A stretch of DNA of 25,949 bases, from positions 1 through 25,949 of IMG/VR virus record IMGVR_UViG_3300017722_000321, one strand, 5' to 3'. Below, one piece after another: positions 14,736-23,776 of this stretch. This stretch comes from a virus. Its lineage: Duplodnaviria > Caudoviricetes. The position numbers were made by a program, and so were the translations under genes. A model generated the notes under the pieces. That model saw only the letters and a program-made list of their open reading frames with translations, was not told the origin of the DNA and searched no databases. Within the stretch, counting starts at the first letter, position 1. Each line of letters opens with the position of its first letter.

Positions 14736-17170
14736 TGGCTATAACGGTAAAACATAGTAAAGTCAGCACAATCCCTGATGATGCCAACACAGACCTAGTT
14801 CGCCCAAGTGATTGGAACGCTGACCATACTTTAGTCGGTACGATTGATGTAGCAAACGGTGGTACTGGGGCAACGACTTTAACGGGATATGTAAAGGGTA
14901 ACGGCACAAGTGCAATGACGGCTGTTGCAACCGTACCAAGCACCGATATTACTGGCCTTGGGACAATGTCTACCCAAAATGCCAACGCAGTAGCCATTAC
15001 AGGCGGCACAATCAATGGCACTACTATCGGTGCTACTACCCCATCTACTGTAAACGCTACTACGATTACAGGACAGACAGCTAATATTACTGGTACTGGA
15101 CAAAATTTATTACTTCAATCCAATACTTTTACCAATGGTGTTTGGGCATTAACAAACACAACTGTAGCAACAACTGTAGCCACTACAGACCCTTTAGGTG
15201 GTTCAAATGCTTATAAACTTACAGACAATGTAACAAACGCAAATCACACTATTCAACAAAATTCATTTGGTTCGGTAGTGGGGCAAGAATATTTAACTTC
15301 TTCAATTTATGTTAAATCTGCGGAATATAGTCAATTTCAAATTGATATGTCAGACGCATCTACTGGAAATGTGTCTTGTATATTTAATTTAAGCACAGCT
15401 ACAGCAGGGGCAATTAGTACAGGTGGTTCTTGGACTAATGCCTCTACTTCTATTACTGATGTTGGAAATGGTTGGTATCGTTGTGCTTTATCTGCAAGCA
15501 AAGGCGGTGGTGCTGGAAATGTTATTGCACTTTATAAAATTGCAAATGCTGGTTCTGTAACATTTGCTGGCACAGGAACATCAGGAATTTACATTTATGG
15601 CTCACAGTTAGAAGCCGCAAATAGTGTTGGTGTTCCAGTAATAACAACATCTGCTGTTGTATTTAACGCACCAGCTTTACGCTTAGCTGGCAACACAGTA
15701 CTAAGACTAGACCAATTTGGTAATTTATCTGTAAGCCCATCTTTTCCTTCAGGAGCATTACAAGCACAAGCTACTACATCTACTACAGCAGGTGGTAATG
15801 CTAGGGGTGCTAATGCTGTTGATTGGCAGACATTAAGAGATGGTGCAACAAAAGTAGCGTCAGGTACTTCTTCTGTTTTATGCGGTGGTCAATATAACCA
15901 AGCAAGCGGTGTTCAATCCGTAACAGTTGGTGGAAATAGTGTTGTAAGTAGTGGCAGTCAAGCATTTAGTGGGGGCGGCTCAAATAATACAAATTCGGCA
16001 CAATTAGCATTTTTAGGTGGTGGTTATTTCAATACTATTTCATCTAATGGTCAATTTGGTGTTTTAAGTGGTGGATATTCAAACACATTAGCTGGTTTTT
16101 ATAATGTTATTGGTGGCGGTTTTACTAACTCAGGCACAAGTGGTTCAGCCGTAACTACGCAGTCAGGGACAATGAACGCTACAACAGCCGTTACATTGTC
16201 AGGTTCTAACGCAAGCATCAAAGTAGGACAGCTAATTACTGGCACAAGTATTCAAAGTTTTCCAGCAACCTATGTAGCCGCCATATCAGGAACAAGCCTT
16301 ACCCTTTCCCAAGCCGCATCAGGTTCATCTACAAGCACTCTATCTTTCTTTACTCCTCATGGAATAGTAGTAGGCGGTGGTAATAACCAAGCTACAGGTA
16401 GTTATTCATTTATCGGTGGTGGTGGTGATGCTGGTACTGCGGCTAATAGGAATGTGGCTAGTGGGGATTGGAGTTTTGTTGGTGGTGGCATTAAGAATGT
16501 GGCTTCAGGGATAGCATCTTTTGTAGGTGGTGGTGGAACAGATGGTTCAACTATTGCTGGCAATACCGCAAGCCAAACTGGCTCTGCCGTTCTTGGCGGT
16601 TATCTAAATAATGCTACTGGTACATATTCAACTGTTAGCGGTGGATATACCAATACTGCAAGCGGAAGTTCTGCAATAGTAGTTGGTGGTAGATTTGGCA
16701 CATCTAGGGGTATCAACGGAATGACTGTTATGCCAGCTAGTGCCAATCCAATATCAGGAACTCTTGGAGTTCAACAATCAGCAATATTAGTTCTTGGTGT
16801 TCAAACTACTGATGCCACAGCTACAGCATTAAAAAGTGATGCAAATGCAGTAGGTTCTACAAACCAAGTAATACTACCTAACAACTCTGCTTACTTTTTT
16901 AGAGGTGAAGTGGTATCAGGAGTTACTGGCGGTGGTGATACTAAAGGCTGGACTATCGAGGGTGTAATTAAACGAGGTGCTAACGCTGCGGCTACTACCC
17001 TTGTTGGAGTTACAGTATTGTCTACCCACGGTGATGCAGGGGCAGCTACTTGGACTATTGGAGTAACAGCCGATACGACCAATGGTGGAATACGAGTTAC
17101 CTTTACAGGACAAGCTAGTACGACTATTCGTACAGTTTGCCAAATCCGCACAACCGAAATGACTTTCTAA
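14735..17170 (+). CDS. Mosaic fibre/spike protein (head or tail fibre)
   Basis: 811 aa, G/T/S-rich. Contains V.NGGTGAT, a NLLLQSN...GNGWYRC...GSQLE beta-sandwich domain and GGG..N.ASG beta-helix repeats. Confidence 0.8.
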   Translation: MAITVKHSKVSTIPDDANTDLVRPSDWNADHTLVGTIDVANGGTGATTLTGYVKGNGTSAMTAVATVPSTDITGLGTMSTQNANAVAITGGTINGTTIGATTPSTVNATTITGQTANITGTGQNLLLQSNTFTNGVWALTNTTVATTVATTDPLGGSNAYKLTDNVTNANHTIQQNSFGSVVGQEYLTSSIYVKSAEYSQFQIDMSDASTGNVSCIFNLSTATAGAISTGGSWTNASTSITDVGNGWYRCALSASKGGGAGNVIALYKIANAGSVTFAGTGTSGIYIYGSQLEAANSVGVPVITTSAVVFNAPALRLAGNTVLRLDQFGNLSVSPSFPSGALQAQATTSTTAGGNARGANAVDWQTLRDGATKVASGTSSVLCGGQYNQASGVQSVTVGGNSVVSSGSQAFSGGGSNNTNSAQLAFLGGGYFNTISSNGQFGVLSGGYSNTLAGFYNVIGGGFTNSGTSGSAVTTQSGTMNATTAVTLSGSNASIKVGQLITGTSIQSFPATYVAAISGTSLTLSQAASGSSTSTLSFFTPHGIVVGGGNNQATGSYSFIGGGGDAGTAANRNVASGDWSFVGGGIKNVASGIASFVGGGGTDGSTIAGNTASQTGSAVLGGYLNNATGTYSTVSGGYTNTASGSSAIVVGGRFGTSRGINGMTVMPASANPISGTLGVQQSAILVLGVQTTDATATALKSDANAVGSTNQVILPNNSAYFFRGEVVSGVTGGGDTKGWTIEGVIKRGANAAATTLVGVTVLSTHGDAGAATWTIGVTADTTNGGIRVTFTGQASTTIRTVCQIRTTEMTF

Positions 17171-17180
17171 GGAGATTTAA

Positions 17181-17447
17181 ATGGCACTAAAACTAGCAGT
17201 TGAAACCCAATTTGGCGTACCAGCCCCCGAAGCCTACGCACGAATCACTAACTTTTTTGGTACAAAAGACCAAATCCAAGTTCAAGTTGCAATCTATTAC
17301 AACGAAGATGCTCGGCATGGCAACATGGCTACCGTTAAAGAAAACGCACATTACATCGCTATGGAAGATTTAGAAGGCGATTTAATCCCTGCAATCTACG
17401 CTGTATTAAAGACTTTTAGCGATTATGCTGGGGCAGAGGACTGCTAA
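17181..17447 (+). CDS. Small fibre-associated protein (possible chaperone)
   Basis: 88 aa directly after the fibre gene, AAGGAG RBS. Confidence 0.65.
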   Translation: MALKLAVETQFGVPAPEAYARITNFFGTKDQIQVQVAIYYNEDARHGNMATVKENAHYIAMEDLEGDLIPAIYAVLKTFSDYAGAEDC

Positions 17448-17915
17448 TTGTTTCAAACCGCTTTTCAAGCCAATGCGTTCCAAAACAACGCATTTCAAGT
17501 ATTTGTATCGCCAACTCCTGTTGGTGGGGATGATGGCGGATATTGGACTAAAGAAGAACTAAAGCGGATACAGAAGCTACAGCAGAAGATTGGTGAAAGA
17601 CAGCGTTTATTAGAAAAAGCCACCAAAGACGCTAATGCCTCACGAAAGCAAGCATTTAAAGATTTAATTGATCCTGTTGCTAAAGTTAAGCAACCTAAAG
17701 TACAATTGAAACAAGAGGTTAAGGCTGATATACCGTTAGCTGAAACAGAAGATTTAGAACGGTCTATAAGCTACCTTGAAAGACAACGGGATAACATCCT
17801 TGCGGCAGTAGCTTACAGAAACCAGCAATATCTCATAAAAGAGCAATTGCGAGTAATGGAAGCCCAACGCCAGCAAGAAACTGACGATGAGGCGGCACTA
17901 TTACTACTGTTATAA
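17448..17915 (+). CDS. Hypothetical protein with N-terminal FQxxA repeats
   Basis: TTG start with GAGGA RBS, coiled coil, C-terminal DDEAALLLLL. Confidence 0.7.
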   Translation: MFQTAFQANAFQNNAFQVFVSPTPVGGDDGGYWTKEELKRIQKLQQKIGERQRLLEKATKDANASRKQAFKDLIDPVAKVKQPKVQLKQEVKADIPLAETEDLERSISYLERQRDNILAAVAYRNQQYLIKEQLRVMEAQRQQETDDEAALLLLL

Positions 17916-18808
17916 ACCCACACGCTGAATATAAGAAGGCTTACGATAACTTACACGCTGGCAGATACGCTGCTGGCTTTAGGCTATTTGAGTACCGCTG
18001 GCATAAAGACATACTAGCCAACCAAACAATCCCTTACGCAAGACTGCCTGTAGCCCCAAAAACATGGCAGGGCGAGTCTTTGTTAGGCAAAACTATCGCA
18101 GTACAGATGGAACAAGGCTTTGGCGATATATTCCAATATGCTAGGTTTTTGCCAGCCTTAAAGGTTTTAGGTGCAAAAAGGGTAATAGTTTTGACTGTAC
18201 CTAATTTATTTGGTGTTTTAGGGCAAATGGAGTGTATTGACCAGCTTACGAACCTGACAGAATCAGGCCCTGCCCATGAATGTGACTATTGGATTGGCTC
18301 AATGTCGCTTCCCTATTACATTGACTGCGCTATGCCGTATGTAAAAGCCTTATTTCCAATCAGCAATAAGAAAGTCGTGGGTTCAGAAGGCTATTTTGAA
18401 GCCGAACCAAGCAATATTCCCAAGAAAATAGGGGTAAATTGGTCTGCAAGCAAGGGTACATTGCATTGGATCAAGTCCATTTCTGCTGAACACATGGAAA
18501 AGCTGGTCGGTGACGATGTTTATAGCCTAAATCCTGAGATGGATGGCAACTTTAGACCCTTACCTAACGATGGCTGGAAGAAAGACTGGGCAATTACCGC
18601 TAAACACATGAAAGCCATGCGTGGCGTGGTTACGGTAGACACTGGAACAGCCCATTTAGCAGGTGCTTTAGGCGTAAGGTGCGTAGTTTTGCTGCCAAAA
18701 GAGGAATTTGTTTGCTGGCGGTGGAAAAATGCCCGTTGGTACGACAGCGTTTGCCTACTTAGACCTGATGAATACGATCAATTACCCGAAATTTTAAGGA
18801 GAATGTGA
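17912..18808 (+). CDS. GT9/heptosyltransferase-like glycosyltransferase, probable non-AUG start
   Basis: FEYRW, WQGESLLGK, EQGFGD and VVTVDTGTAHLAGALG motifs. The frame is open and protein-like ~56 codons upstream of the tracked TTG at 18080. Confidence 0.8.
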   Translation: MNPHAEYKKAYDNLHAGRYAAGFRLFEYRWHKDILANQTIPYARLPVAPKTWQGESLLGKTIAVQMEQGFGDIFQYARFLPALKVLGAKRVIVLTVPNLFGVLGQMECIDQLTNLTESGPAHECDYWIGSMSLPYYIDCAMPYVKALFPISNKKVVGSEGYFEAEPSNIPKKIGVNWSASKGTLHWIKSISAEHMEKLVGDDVYSLNPEMDGNFRPLPNDGWKKDWAITAKHMKAMRGVVTVDTGTAHLAGALGVRCVVLLPKEEFVCWRWKNARWYDSVCLLRPDEYDQLPEILRRM

Positions 18809-19185
18809 TGATTTGCCCGAAATGCGGATATTCCGAGGGAAACCATGTTGAAGCTAAACAAACGGATGAAGAATTCTTTCTAGAGTGGTGGACACCTACC
18901 ATTGGTGCAGAAGCCGCCAAAGCATCGTGGCAGGATAAGGTAGCCATGAAGTCTAGGGAAGCCCCTATGGTCATGCCTGACATTGCAGGCCATATAAGCA
19001 TGGCTGACGGTACATGGGTTTCTAGCCGTTCTAAGCACCGTGAGAACCTAAAGCGTAATAACTGCGTGGAAATAGGCGATGCTGTGCCTATGCAGCAAAA
19101 ACCCATTGAATTTAGCCGCAAAGAGCAGGAAGCCCGTAAACGGCAGATTGCTGAAATTGCATATTCCAAACTTTCTTACCGATAG
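18808..19185 (+). CDS. Hypothetical protein with N-terminal CxxC
   Basis: MICPKCG and DG..VSSRSKHRE.LKRN.C.EIG, AAGGAG RBS. Start is GTG 18805 or ATG 18808. Confidence 0.75.
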   Translation: MICPKCGYSEGNHVEAKQTDEEFFLEWWTPTIGAEAAKASWQDKVAMKSREAPMVMPDIAGHISMADGTWVSSRSKHRENLKRNNCVEIGDAVPMQQKPIEFSRKEQEARKRQIAEIAYSKLSYR

Positions 19186-19193
19186 GAACAACC

Positions 19194-20279
19194 ATGTCAG
19201 ATGACCGCAGAGAATTACTAGAAGCCGCTTTAGAACAAGCCGAAGAAGGCACACTCGAAACCCCTGTAGAAAAGGAGATTGAAGTAAATGACGATCCAAT
19301 CCAAGCCGAGAACGAAGAAACCAGCGTTGAAGAAAGCGACAACCGTGACGAAAAAGGTCGTTTCAAGAGCCAAGAAGCCAGTTCCGACCAAGATAGTGCT
19401 GAAGAATCTGACGTGGTGGGAGAAGCTAATGATGTTCCTGACGAGGAAATAAAACGCCCTACTACTTGGAAGAAAGAGTATGTCGAGGTATGGGACAAAA
19501 TGGCAGGCGGTAAACCGTTAGATAAAGCGGAGTTTGCTAAGTTTGCTGAATACGCTAACCAGCGTGAATCCGAGTATAAAAAGGGCGTTTCTGCCTATAA
19601 AGCCGAAGCCGACAATGCACGGCAATTAACCGAAGCAATTGGTCAATTTACCCCTGAATTGCAAAAACACGGTATTCACCCAGTCGCTTGGATCAATAAT
19701 TTAGGTAGGGCGCACTACACTTTAGCTAATGGAACTTACGAGCAAAAGTTAAATGCCTTTAATAGACTAGCGCAAGATTATGGAATACAATTAAATCAAG
19801 ATGCACTTCAGATGCCTGAACAGGCGTATGTTGATCCGTATCAGCAACAGTTAATGCAGCAACTTCAAGCAACACAGCAACAAGTTCAGCAACTGTCAGC
19901 GATACGGGAGCAAGAAGAAAATGCTCGGTTGAGCCAAGAAATCAGCCGAGTAAGTAGTGACAAAGAGCGGTTTCCGCACTTTGAGATGGTACGGGAAGAT
20001 ATGGCTCAACTACTTGAGCGAGGTTTAGCCCCAAACCTAGAAACGGCTTATGCCAAAGCGGTGCGTATGAATGACGAAGCGTACAAACTGGAACAAGATA
20101 AACTCTTGCGTTCAGCTAGTACCCAAGCGTCTAAGGCACAGCAAGTAGCTAAAGCTAAAGCAACTGCTGTTAGTCCACGATCCGTTACTCCTAGCGGTCA
20201 AGTGTCTAAGACAGATGCAAAGGATAGACGATCCTTGCTGTTGGCTAATCTGGCCGATGCAGAGGGTGGTCGGGTTTAA
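19194..20279 (+). CDS. Capsid scaffolding protein
   Basis: Acidic disordered N-terminus with RDEKGRF, Q-rich coil, directly upstream of the capsid gene. Confidence 0.8.
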   Translation: MSDDRRELLEAALEQAEEGTLETPVEKEIEVNDDPIQAENEETSVEESDNRDEKGRFKSQEASSDQDSAEESDVVGEANDVPDEEIKRPTTWKKEYVEVWDKMAGGKPLDKAEFAKFAEYANQRESEYKKGVSAYKAEADNARQLTEAIGQFTPELQKHGIHPVAWINNLGRAHYTLANGTYEQKLNAFNRLAQDYGIQLNQDALQMPEQAYVDPYQQQLMQQLQATQQQVQQLSAIREQEENARLSQEISRVSSDKERFPHFEMVREDMAQLLERGLAPNLETAYAKAVRMNDEAYKLEQDKLLRSASTQASKAQQVAKAKATAVSPRSVTPSGQVSKTDAKDRRSLLLANLADAEGGRV

Positions 20280-20302
20280 CTTAATCTAATAAAGGAAATA
20301 TC

Positions 20303-21283
20303 ATGGCATTCGCAAATAGCGCAATCACCGATATTATCGCTACCACCATACCAAGTCGTAGCGGAGTATTGGCTGATAACTTAACAGAAAACAATGCAAT
20401 TCTTCAGCGTCTTAATTCCAAAGGTAATGTTCGCCCATTCTCGGGTGGTAATGTGATCTTGGAAGAAATCATGTACAACGACCCAGCAACCAACAATGCT
20501 AATAGCTATAGCGGTTACGAAGTCTTGAACATCACTCCTGATAGCCCAATCTCGGCTGCTCAGTTCAGCATTACCCAATATGCTGACTCAGTAACCATGA
20601 GTGGTCTAGAAATGTTGCAAAACAGCAGCAAAGAAGCAATCATCGACCTGTTGGATGGTCGTATGCAAGTTTCTGAAGCCCGTCTGTTGAACCGTATTTC
20701 TACCGACCTTTATGGTGACGGTACTGGTAACGGTGGTAAGAACATCACAGGTTTAGCCGCTGCTGTTTCTACTTCCCCAACAACTGGTACATACGGTGGT
20801 ATTAACCGTGCAAACTGGACTTTTTGGCGTAACCAAGCAACAACTGGTGCTAACACAGCCGCATTGATCCAAGCTGCTATGACAACTGCTGCTATCAAAT
20901 CTGTTCGTGGTAATGATAAGGTTGACCTTATTATTGCTGGTAACACTTTGTATCAGCGTTATGTTGAGTCATTGCAGGCTATCCAGCGTATTGCTGGTGT
21001 AGAAGAAGGTGCTGCTGGTTTCGCATCCCTCAAGTTCTACGGTGGCGGTATGTCTGCTGATGTGGTACTAGGTGGTGGTATTGGCGCACAAGAGAACGCA
21101 TTGTATATGTACCTCTTGAACACCAATTACATCTTCTTCCGCCCACACAAAGAGCGTAATTTCGTTCCTATCGGTGGTGAGCGTCAATCGATTAACCAAG
21201 ATGCAATCGTGAAGCTGTATGGTTGGGCCGGTAATTTAACTTGCTCCAACGCTTCACTCCAAGGCATTTTGAGCGGTACTTAA
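20303..21283 (+). CDS. Major capsid protein
   Basis: 326 aa, LADN...NN.IL.RL, LYGDGTG and GNLTCSN motifs, strong codon bias, AAGGA RBS. Confidence 0.9.
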   Translation: MAFANSAITDIIATTIPSRSGVLADNLTENNAILQRLNSKGNVRPFSGGNVILEEIMYNDPATNNANSYSGYEVLNITPDSPISAAQFSITQYADSVTMSGLEMLQNSSKEAIIDLLDGRMQVSEARLLNRISTDLYGDGTGNGGKNITGLAAAVSTSPTTGTYGGINRANWTFWRNQATTGANTAALIQAAMTTAAIKSVRGNDKVDLIIAGNTLYQRYVESLQAIQRIAGVEEGAAGFASLKFYGGGMSADVVLGGGIGAQENALYMYLLNTNYIFFRPHKERNFVPIGGERQSINQDAIVKLYGWAGNLTCSNASLQGILSGT

Positions 21284-21310
21284 TCAACTGACTAAATAAA
21301 GGAAATTATC

Positions 21311-21607
21311 ATGTCATATAACATTACCCCTACCTCGGGCATCAATTTGGATGATGTAGTCCAAACTAACCCTAACTCTGCTGGTACTGGCGTTCCTGTC
21401 AATGGCCCACTTGGTTCACAAGTGTTTGGCTCTGATGGTTTGCGTTATGTATTAGCGGTTGCTAATGCGGCTATTACAGCTTCTACAGCAACTTGCTCTA
21501 TCAATGCTTCCACATTTGTAGCTTCTCCTTCTGCTGGTACATATTTAAGCCCAGCCGTTGCAGTAGCTTCAGGTGATTATGCTTGGTTTAGCAAAGCTAG
21601 TGTTTAA
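21311..21607 (+). CDS. Capsid decoration/cement protein
   Basis: 98 aa, A/S/T-rich, GSDG..YV and GDYAWF, lies between MCP and a terminator. Confidence 0.7.
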   Translation: MSYNITPTSGINLDDVVQTNPNSAGTGVPVNGPLGSQVFGSDGLRYVLAVANAAITASTATCSINASTFVASPSAGTYLSPAVAVASGDYAWFSKASV

Positions 21608-21629
21608 TAGCAAAATGTAGTAAAAACAG

Positions 21630-21657
21630 GGGGTTACCTTAATCGGTAGCCCCTTTT
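21630..21657 (+). terminator. Rho-independent terminator
   Basis: GGGGTTACC-TTAATC-GGTAGCCCC-TTTT. Confidence 0.8.
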
Positions 21658-21694
21658 ACCTTTAACTTTACCTAATACCTTAGGAGATTTAAAA

Positions 21695-22345
21695 ATGGCT
21701 TTACCTTCAGACACACAAGGAGCAGATTCACGCCTGCAAGTACGCTTTTACAAGAAATCCGTACAACAAGAGCAGGAATCCATAGATGCTGGCAGACCAA
21801 TTTACAAAGACTTTGACTTTGTGCAAATCTGCGTTGCTGGCGATACCCTAACCGAAATCGACACTTATGCGCTACAAAGCCATAAGCAGCGTTTCCCTAT
21901 TCAATGGGCTAATTACATGAATAGACAAGGAGCGCATGACGAAGAAGTAGTTGGAACGCCTGTAGCGGAATGGCCTTTAATATCAAAAAGCCAAGCCGAA
22001 GAATTAAGGGCAATTAAGTTCCAAACGGTAGAATCTATTGCAAATGCTTCAGATCAGCAGTTACAGCGCATGGGAATGATGGCAGGAATGTCACCCTATT
22101 CGTTCCGTGACAAGGCAAAAGCATTTTTAAATCTAGCGACAACAGCGGCAGAAACCGATAAGCGTGAGAGTGAAATTAACGCTTTAAAAGAAGAACTTGC
22201 CAAAAAGGAACTAGAAACTGCTAAAATAAAGGCAGAAACAGATGCGAAGCTAGCCTTAATGCAAGAGCAAATGGCTACTATACTTGCTGCTGTTGGTGAA
22301 AAGAAACCCCGTAAAACGAAAACGGTAGCCACAGAGGAAGCCTAA
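21695..22345 (+). CDS. Hypothetical morphogenesis-region protein
   Basis: 216 aa, GTP..EWP motif, C-terminal coiled coil, GGAG RBS. Confidence 0.75.
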   Translation: MALPSDTQGADSRLQVRFYKKSVQQEQESIDAGRPIYKDFDFVQICVAGDTLTEIDTYALQSHKQRFPIQWANYMNRQGAHDEEVVGTPVAEWPLISKSQAEELRAIKFQTVESIANASDQQLQRMGMMAGMSPYSFRDKAKAFLNLATTAAETDKRESEINALKEELAKKELETAKIKAETDAKLALMQEQMATILAAVGEKKPRKTKTVATEEA

Positions 22346-22346
22346 T

Positions 22347-23252
22347 ATGTCATCAACAATGCTGGAATTGGTGCAGCAAGTCACCGCTGAACTTAACTTA
22401 GCCGTACCTACTTATGTAGCAGGAAACACTAGCCAAGATGTGCAGCAGATTCTTGCGTTAATGAACCGTGCAGGGTACGACTTAATTAAGGAACACAATT
22501 GGCAAGCATTGGAGCTGGAATATCGGTTTTACACCACAGCAATCACCACAACCTGCGATACAACGAATAATAGCTATCTATTAAGCAATATTCCAAGTAC
22601 CGCAGGTTTGGACAATACTTATTCTATTGTTGGTACAAGTGTTCCCCAAGATACTTATGTTGATACGGTTCTTACTGCAAATAGCTTAAATACAACCCAG
22701 TTATCTTCAGCAACATCGGTAGGCGGCACAGTTACTTTTAGCAAAACCATTTACCCCTTGCCGCCTGACTACGAAACCATTACCGATAATACGCATTGGG
22801 ATAAGACAAAGCATTGGCAAATGCTTGGCCCTGTTGATGCACAGCAATGGCAATGGCTCAAGTCGGGTTATATTTCAACAGGCCCTCGGGTTCGTTGGCG
22901 TATTCTTGGCAATCAGTTTGAGATTTGGCCACCATATAGCACCCTTGAATATCTAGGCTTTGAATACCGTTCTAAAGGATGGGTAAGAAGTGCCGCTGGT
23001 GCTGTCAAGAACAGCTTTACAGTTGATACTGACACAAGCGTATTAGACGATTCAATTATTGTCTTGTTGACTAAATTAAAGTATTTCCAAATCAAGTCGT
23101 TTGATACTACTGCATTGCAACAAGATTACAGCCGTTATTTGAGCATTGCTAAAGCAAACGATAAAGGCTCTGCTACCCTGTCTTTTGCACCACAACCAAG
23201 TGCTGTGCTTATCGGTTGGGCTAACATTCCCGACACTAATTACGGGTCATAG
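22347..23252 (+). CDS. Head-tail adaptor / tail tubular protein A-like
   Basis: N-terminal helices TMLELVQQV..EL, YPLPPDY, and position before the gp10-like gene. Confidence 0.7.
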   Translation: MSSTMLELVQQVTAELNLAVPTYVAGNTSQDVQQILALMNRAGYDLIKEHNWQALELEYRFYTTAITTTCDTTNNSYLLSNIPSTAGLDNTYSIVGTSVPQDTYVDTVLTANSLNTTQLSSATSVGGTVTFSKTIYPLPPDYETITDNTHWDKTKHWQMLGPVDAQQWQWLKSGYISTGPRVRWRILGNQFEIWPPYSTLEYLGFEYRSKGWVRSAAGAVKNSFTVDTDTSVLDDSIIVLLTKLKYFQIKSFDTTALQQDYSRYLSIAKANDKGSATLSFAPQPSAVLIGWANIPDTNYGS

Positions 23253-23253
23253 T

Positions 23254-23739
23254 TTAAAAATCATGTTGCCACAAAACGCCATTTTTAATTCGACTAATAA
23301 CGCTTTGTCTAACGCCATATTCTTCTGCAATGATGCGTTGAAGTCGATCATCTTTTCGAATGGCATTAACTTGTTTAAGCGTCAATTTGGCAGTTCCGCA
23401 ACGCTCACCACGATTGGTAGTTCCATGTCTAATTTTATCGACAGAATTATTTTTTGGGGTGTCCCAACGAAGATTGCTAATGTGGTTGTTTTGATGGTTT
23501 CCGTCATTGTGGCAACATTCCATTCCCTCAGGGCATTTTCCTACAAAAGCCTCAAGAACCAATCTATGAGGTCTTACAATTTTTTGTTGACCAAATTTCC
23601 AAATATTCAAATATGGTCTGCCATCGTCTTTTGCAAAAGTAATCTTTTTAAATTTTTGAGTTATTTTGGAACGTACCCTGCCATGATCAGAAACTTCATA
23701 AATATCTTCAAATCCAACAACATCCAGCCATTGTTCCAT
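23254..23739 (-). CDS. NUMOD4-HNH homing endonuclease
   Basis: W.DVVGFE..YEVSD.GRVRS, HRLVLEAFVG, CCHNDGN..NN..SNLRW and a C-terminal HTH. ATG at 23739 with GGGGA RBS. Confidence 0.9.
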   Translation of the reverse strand: MEQWLDVVGFEDIYEVSDHGRVRSKITQKFKKITFAKDDGRPYLNIWKFGQQKIVRPHRLVLEAFVGKCPEGMECCHNDGNHQNNHISNLRWDTPKNNSVDKIRHGTTNRGERCGTAKLTLKQVNAIRKDDRLQRIIAEEYGVRQSVISRIKNGVLWQHDF

Positions 23740-23740
23740 A

Positions 23741-23771
23741 AATATCCCCGTAACATAGATATGGGGATATT
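23741..23771. promoter_or_regulatory. Inverted repeat holding the RBS of both divergent genes
   Basis: AATATCCCC (23741-49) and GGGGATATT (23763-71). Confidence 0.7.
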
Positions 23772-23776
23772 GTAAC

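Noticed and set aside
15850-16720. Diversity-generating retroelement repeats in the fibre gene
   Set aside because: The repeats are degenerate protein-level GGG..N motifs, with no adenine-specific TR/VR pair and no reverse transcriptase in the window.
23146-23775. 209-aa plus-strand ORF opposite the HNH gene
   Set aside because: No recognisable motifs or RBS, and it overlaps the adaptor gene. The minus-strand HNH has clear family motifs.
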